DNA of 64,000 nt from an uncultured Bacilli bacterium. Lineage in GTDB: Bacteria; Bacillota_I; Bacilli_A; RF39; UBA660. Below the pieces are notes generated by a model. It did no database searches and was not told where the DNA came from. It saw only the letters and a program-made list of their open reading frames with translations. Shown here piece after piece: positions 59,636 to 64,000 of this stretch (positions within the stretch are counted from its first letter, which is position 1; each line of letters begins with the position of its first letter). Location: assembly GCA_934089275.1 (NCBI GenBank), contig CAKOJJ010000001.1:49918-113917 (forward strand). The letters are read 5' to 3'. The position numbers and the translations under genes are program-made.

Positions 59636-61933
59636 ATGGAAAGAATAAAAAGAATAAATCGAATGTTTAATGGAACAGATCAAGAATTAAGGACAATATA
59701 TAAATATGAAACTGAATTAGTAAGAGATCAATTGGAAAATCAATTTTCTGATTTTTTTACTAGAAAGAAAAGAATTCATTTATGTGAATATGAAAAACTT
59801 ATGTTTCCTATCGTTCAAGAAATCATGAATATAGACCTTATTTGTATCCGCAAATTAGAAGACGAATCTAACATTGAATCATTTTTACGTGGAACAAACA
59901 TTATAGAACGTATTAAATTTGCATATGACATAGATAATGAAACAATGGAAAAGAATTTTAATAGGATTCCCAATAAAGCTAAAAAAGCTATTGAGTTGCT
60001 ATTTAATTTAACTGATGAAAACTTAACTGTTGAAGAAATTCTTGAAGTATTAGATACAGATTATGATGGTCTTAATAGAATAGTTAAAAATAACTTACGT
60101 TTCTTATTTTTTAATTCCCCAAAGGAAGCACAAACAAATAAATCTCAAAAAAGTGTTTTTGTTATACCAAGATATTTTTTCAAATATTTTGAAAAAATGG
60201 GATATTTTTATGACGATATCTATTTTGCAGTTGAATCTTGTACAGATAGTATAAAAAATACATTAAAGAAAATATATGGTGAATTTTATAACGATGTAAA
60301 AAATATCAAAGCAACTTTAACAAATGAAGATATTCAAAATTTAAAAAATGTATTTATTAGTCCAGATAAATGCCTTATACATTCTATCAAAGAAATAAAC
60401 AAATCAATAAAAATACCAAGCTATACAGGATCAATAAGACATTTTGACTTAATGAATTATTATATTAGTATAGGTTATTCAAAAGAAATAGTAGTTGAAG
60501 TTTTTAAAGAATTATCTCCATTAAATAAACAAATACTAGATTTATATTTTCAATCAAATCACACATTAAAACCTCATCAAGTTTTGAAATTTGGACAAAT
60601 GCTTAGAGCAGGTGAAGCAAGTAAAGTATATAATTTGCTATTCAATCCAAATGAAGGTATTCAACAAGCTTTAAAAGACAAATCAAATATCCACAGTTCT
60701 ACATGTTGTAGTGACACTGGAATGATAATAGATGTTTATCAATTCTATGAAAATCTTGGTTATGAAAGAGAAACTGTAAAAAAGGCATTAAAACAAATCG
60801 ATGTTGACACATTAAAAGCAATCTTGAAATTTTACGATGAAAACCTTCTATTGAGAGAATCTTATTCACAAAACGCTCAATTTCAAAAAATTATTTCATC
60901 AACATTAATAAATCCAACTTCCTATATCGCAAAAAATATCTTAGATGATAAAATTTTACCTAACTACAATGATAATATAAATGAAAAAGTTTATACAAAT
61001 GGATATATTCATTTAGGTATACGAGGAATACCAGCAAACTATGTAAATCACGCAATTTCTTTATTAGATCCTTGCGATAGAGCCGTATTAAATAAATATT
61101 ACACTAGCAAATTTCACTTACGTGACGAGATTGCCATTAACGAACAAGAACTAGATGCATTATTTGATAAACTAATATATTTAGCTATTAACTACAATGA
61201 AATAATAAAAAAGAGTAGAGAAGAAAAATGTCAAAAGGCACAAGATGTACTTATTAACATAGGTTGTTCTAAAGACGCCGTTATGTATGTAATCAATGAT
61301 TTGGATACTTCAACAATTGAAAAAATAATATCTTCAGTAAAACCTAAAAAGAATACATCTAGTGGAACAGGGTTATTGTTAACACAATTCATTATTAAAA
61401 GCGAATATGTTGCTAAAATTTGCAATTTAAAAGATTTTATAATATCTCTAGGATACACAGACAAAGAATTTACTGAATTTTTAGATGTTATTAATAAGTA
61501 TTCAAGAAGATTTGAATTATCTGCTTATTTTGATTTAGATACATTTGAACTAAAAAGTGAATATCGTTTTGATAAAGAAACTCTAGAGGATTTACGCCAT
61601 CATTTAGATTACTTCTTATCAATATTCATTCACCATAAAGAAAATCAATCAAATATCGCTAATATTGATAATGTATATTATTCAATATTAAACGATGTTA
61701 GTGTCAAAACTAAAAACTGCATAATAGACAATAAAGGATTTAAAGCAAGTGTTTATCAAAAATTTCCTAGTAGAAATATAAACTATTATGTGTTATTATC
61801 AAATCGTATATCATCTAATTCGTTTGATGGACTTACTGAACTATTAATCTATAGAGCATTATTTAATAATGCATATAAAGAGTACATAGGAATCGAAACA
61901 GAACTAAAGAAAACCTTAGTTGATAACAAATAA
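59636..61933 (+). CDS. large multi-HTH protein, paralog B
   Basis: N-terminal about 160 aa homologous to A and C (IDLICIRKLE...LLFNLTDENLTVEEILEVL). At least six roughly 45-aa GY(S/T)..E repeats. Confidence 0.55.
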   Translation: MERIKRINRMFNGTDQELRTIYKYETELVRDQLENQFSDFFTRKKRIHLCEYEKLMFPIVQEIMNIDLICIRKLEDESNIESFLRGTNIIERIKFAYDIDNETMEKNFNRIPNKAKKAIELLFNLTDENLTVEEILEVLDTDYDGLNRIVKNNLRFLFFNSPKEAQTNKSQKSVFVIPRYFFKYFEKMGYFYDDIYFAVESCTDSIKNTLKKIYGEFYNDVKNIKATLTNEDIQNLKNVFISPDKCLIHSIKEINKSIKIPSYTGSIRHFDLMNYYISIGYSKEIVVEVFKELSPLNKQILDLYFQSNHTLKPHQVLKFGQMLRAGEASKVYNLLFNPNEGIQQALKDKSNIHSSTCCSDTGMIIDVYQFYENLGYERETVKKALKQIDVDTLKAILKFYDENLLLRESYSQNAQFQKIISSTLINPTSYIAKNILDDKILPNYNDNINEKVYTNGYIHLGIRGIPANYVNHAISLLDPCDRAVLNKYYTSKFHLRDEIAINEQELDALFDKLIYLAINYNEIIKKSREEKCQKAQDVLINIGCSKDAVMYVINDLDTSTIEKIISSVKPKKNTSSGTGLLLTQFIIKSEYVAKICNLKDFIISLGYTDKEFTEFLDVINKYSRRFELSAYFDLDTFELKSEYRFDKETLEDLRHHLDYFLSIFIHHKENQSNIANIDNVYYSILNDVSVKTKNCIIDNKGFKASVYQKFPSRNINYYVLLSNRISSNSFDGLTELLIYRALFNNAYKEYIGIETELKKTLVDNK

Positions 61934-61948
61934 ATATAGAGGTGAATT

Positions 61949-63403
61949 ATGGAGAAAGCTTGGATTGATTATAAAACAGATGAAGAAACATTTAAAACAA
62001 TAGTAAATTATGAAGAAGACTTTGTTTATGACATGATGAGAAAGAAATATGGAAAAGATTTTGATGGAATAAACGTAAAAAGTTCGATTAAAAGAAGCGA
62101 GATTTATAAATATAATCTTGCTGATGATTTAATAAAACTAGATGTATTATGTGCTGAAAAACTTAAAGCAAAAGGTAAAAATATAGCTGGTTTTTTTAGA
62201 AACAGTACTGACTTAATGTTGAGAAAATTATGCACAGCTTATGATCTAAACTCAACAGAATTGGACGGGGTCATTACCTGTATTTCTTCAGAATATCGTG
62301 ATATTTTTGTATACGCTTCTGGAATTAATAGAAAAAAAGTCAAAATGCCAGTAATTGTATCAATGTTTAATACTACCACTGATGATGCTTACATGAAAAT
62401 AGCATTTGCGTTGCGTGAAATAGAAAAAATTGTAAAAGACAGAAAAAACAGACTAACAGAGAGTTCTCAAAAGAAAACAACTATTCCAAATTTATCACAA
62501 AAACACTACGGTCAAAATCTCGATAAGATTAAATCTCCAATAAGTCCAGCACCAAAAGAAGCCGAAAAAGCAATCTTAAATGTTCAACACGGATCCAACA
62601 GTGGCATTGAAAAAATAAAACAAACTGAAACTTCTGAAATTCAAGAAAAACAAGAAAATCCACAAATTGAAGTGTCTAAAACTAATCCAAAAGAAAATCC
62701 AAGTAGCAATGGAGATGGTAAAATGCATAAAAGAAAAAACGTGCCAATAGATAAACACCAAACATTAAATGAATATTATCAAGCACGTGGTTTTAGTAAA
62801 GAAGCCTTAGAAAATTTATATAGTAAATTAACAGCTCGTGGAAAAGCATATTTTGATAAATATATTGAAGTTATTGAAAACGATGACAATACTCACACTT
62901 TTAAAATCAAAAAGGCAATTCCTAAATATGATAAAGACTCACGTGATTATTTTACAAAAAGCGCCTGTGCAGTCTTAAGCAAATTTTCAAATACTGAAGC
63001 AGTATCTACAGAAATAGAAACCATAAAACCAACAAAAGAAAATGATAATAAACCATCTATAGATTTAAAGAATAATGTAACTGCTTACCTAAGCGCATTA
63101 AAACTTTCAAAGATTATAACTAGAGAATTAATTATAAACCTTCAATTACCTAAAAAATATGAGTATTTTCTTTTAACTGAATTTGATACAAATGGTAATA
63201 ATGAATTCAGTTTGGAAGAAGAAGCAGAATTTTTAAATATGAGTGTTGAAGAGTTATGTAAACATTTAATTGAATCAATTGAATATTTAAAAACTCAATT
63301 AAATGATAAGTTATCAATGGATAAAAGTAGAGTAGGAAAGTTATTAAACAGCAATACTCAACCAGATGACGGAGAAGTAGACATGAAAAAAACGTTGAAT
63401 TAA
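61949..63403 (+). CDS. large multi-HTH protein, paralog C
   Basis: MEKAWIDYKTDEETFKTI N-terminus and ITRELI...EYFLL...EELCKHLIESIEYLK C-terminus, both shared with A. RBS GAGGTG. Confidence 0.6.
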   Translation: MEKAWIDYKTDEETFKTIVNYEEDFVYDMMRKKYGKDFDGINVKSSIKRSEIYKYNLADDLIKLDVLCAEKLKAKGKNIAGFFRNSTDLMLRKLCTAYDLNSTELDGVITCISSEYRDIFVYASGINRKKVKMPVIVSMFNTTTDDAYMKIAFALREIEKIVKDRKNRLTESSQKKTTIPNLSQKHYGQNLDKIKSPISPAPKEAEKAILNVQHGSNSGIEKIKQTETSEIQEKQENPQIEVSKTNPKENPSSNGDGKMHKRKNVPIDKHQTLNEYYQARGFSKEALENLYSKLTARGKAYFDKYIEVIENDDNTHTFKIKKAIPKYDKDSRDYFTKSACAVLSKFSNTEAVSTEIETIKPTKENDNKPSIDLKNNVTAYLSALKLSKIITRELIINLQLPKKYEYFLLTEFDTNGNNEFSLEEEAEFLNMSVEELCKHLIESIEYLKTQLNDKLSMDKSRVGKLLNSNTQPDDGEVDMKKTLN

Positions 63404-63419
63404 TCATCAACGTTTTTTT
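63391..63419. terminator. bidirectional terminator embedded in last codons of paralog C
   Basis: 8-bp perfect stem aacgttga/tcaacgtt flanked by an A7 run and a T7 run. Confidence 0.75.
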
Positions 63420-63420
63420 A

Positions 63421-63504
63421 TTATTCTTCTGTAGTTTCAGAATCTCTATGACATTTATTAGATCTTTTACATTTAGAAGTTCTATTTGTCTTTTTAGTTT
63501 TCAT
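63421..63504 (-). CDS. 27-aa basic Cys/His-containing peptide MKTKKTNRTSKCKRSNKCHRDSETTEE
   Basis: Not in the ORF track. Near-perfect RBS GGAGGT sits 8 nt upstream. Ends at the bidirectional terminator. Divergent from zupT. Confidence 0.4.
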   Translation of the reverse strand: MKTKKTNRTSKCKRSNKCHRDSETTEE

Positions 63505-63607
63505 AAAATCTTACCTCCTACAATTATTATGTACAAGATGTTTTTAATTATAATAAAAAAATACGAATTTAAGAATAATATTTTTGCTTTTCTAATAAAT
63601 ATATAAT

Positions 63608-64000
63608 ATGAAAATATTAATACCTATTTTATTATCTTTTTTAGCTTCATTTGGAACTATTTTAGGTTCTTTACTAGTATTTATACCTAATATTGGTAAA
63701 AAGTCTAATATAAGCCTTATTTTAGCGTTTTCAGGGACTGTAATGATTTTAATATCTGTAATAGATCTTTTACCAAACTCAATCATTACAATTTTAAATA
63801 GTTTTTCTACCATTAAAGCTTTAATTATAATTATTTCTTCATTCTTAGCAGGATATTTAATAATAAATATTTTAGACAAAAAGATGGAAGGGGAGAAGAG
63901 TCTTTTAAAATTAGGAATATTATCTTTAATAGCTTTAATGGTTCATAATTTTCCAGAAGGTATTGTTACCTTTCTATCAGGTGTAACCAACTTAAAAATT
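63608..64000 (+). CDS. zupT: ZIP family zinc transporter (5' partial, runs off window)
   Basis: HNFPEG signature and TM-rich sequence. The ORF is open to the window edge. The minus-strand ORF 63592..63879 in the track is its antisense shadow. Confidence 0.7.
   Translation, partial: MKILIPILLSFLASFGTILGSLLVFIPNIGKKSNISLILAFSGTVMILISVIDLLPNSIITILNSFSTIKALIIIISSFLAGYLIINILDKKMEGEKSLLKLGILSLIALMVHNFPEGIVTFLSGVTNLKI

Noticed and set aside
63592-63879. 95-aa minus-strand ORF in the track
   Set aside because: It is the antisense shadow of a plus-strand ZIP-family transporter gene (HNFPEG motif) that runs off the window end and was therefore not listed in the track.
1-64000. CRISPR arrays, rRNA genes, prophage or integrative-element boundaries
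   Set aside because: No spaced direct repeats, rRNA-like conserved stretches, integrase-attachment pairs or phage structural gene runs were seen. The only mobile DNA is the single IS30 copy.

Overview
This is a 64 kb low-GC (about 28-30% G+C) Firmicutes-type chromosomal segment. Both TGA and TAA appear to act as stop codons, consistent with the standard code. The genes for a septal synthase, M23 and NlpC/P60-like peptidases and sporulation-like yqfC/yqfD fit a walled Erysipelotrichia/Clostridia-like organism better than a true mollicute. Most of the window is core genome in Bacillus-like synteny blocks: fhs; holA/rnhC/cvpA/trxA/parC; nfo; ftsW-family; frr; mnmA; dnaG-sigA-trmK; lepA-hemW; rpsU-yqeY; a MacB-type ABC transporter; yqfC-yqfD-(VanZ)-ybeY-era-yqzL-recO-cmk-alaS-mscL; pdp; tcdA; gpsA/rarA/xer. 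Overlaid on that core are several accessory features. (1) A putative type I toxin-antitoxin-like module: a 27-aa hydrophobic peptide gene with convergent promoter/terminator architecture, lying beside tRNA-His. (2) An intact IS30-family insertion with 27-bp imperfect inverted repeats and a 4-bp 'atga' direct repeat. (3) Two tandem prepilin-type (class III signal peptide) genes; one is a 564-aa mosaic with Thr-rich linker, cadherin-like domains and a C-terminal membrane anchor. (4) A radical-SAM / ECF-sigma / membrane anti-sigma-like cassette whose anti-sigma candidate has a degenerate M23 domain. (5) A HerA-like (DUF87) ATPase with a small unknown partner, followed by a roughly 175-nt structured non-coding region upstream of tcdA. 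(6) Three large lineage-specific paralogues of 762, 765 and 484 aa, flanking gpsA/rarA and a Xer-family tyrosine recombinase. They share a sigma-70-like N-terminal module (region 2/4-like), internal roughly 45-aa 'GYS' helix-rich repeats and, in two of them, a conserved C-terminal HTH-like tail whose last codons form the transcription terminator. The three-paralogue locus is the strongest candidate here for an undescribed system. No CRISPR array, rRNA or prophage was seen. All calls rest on motif recognition by eye; no database search was possible.
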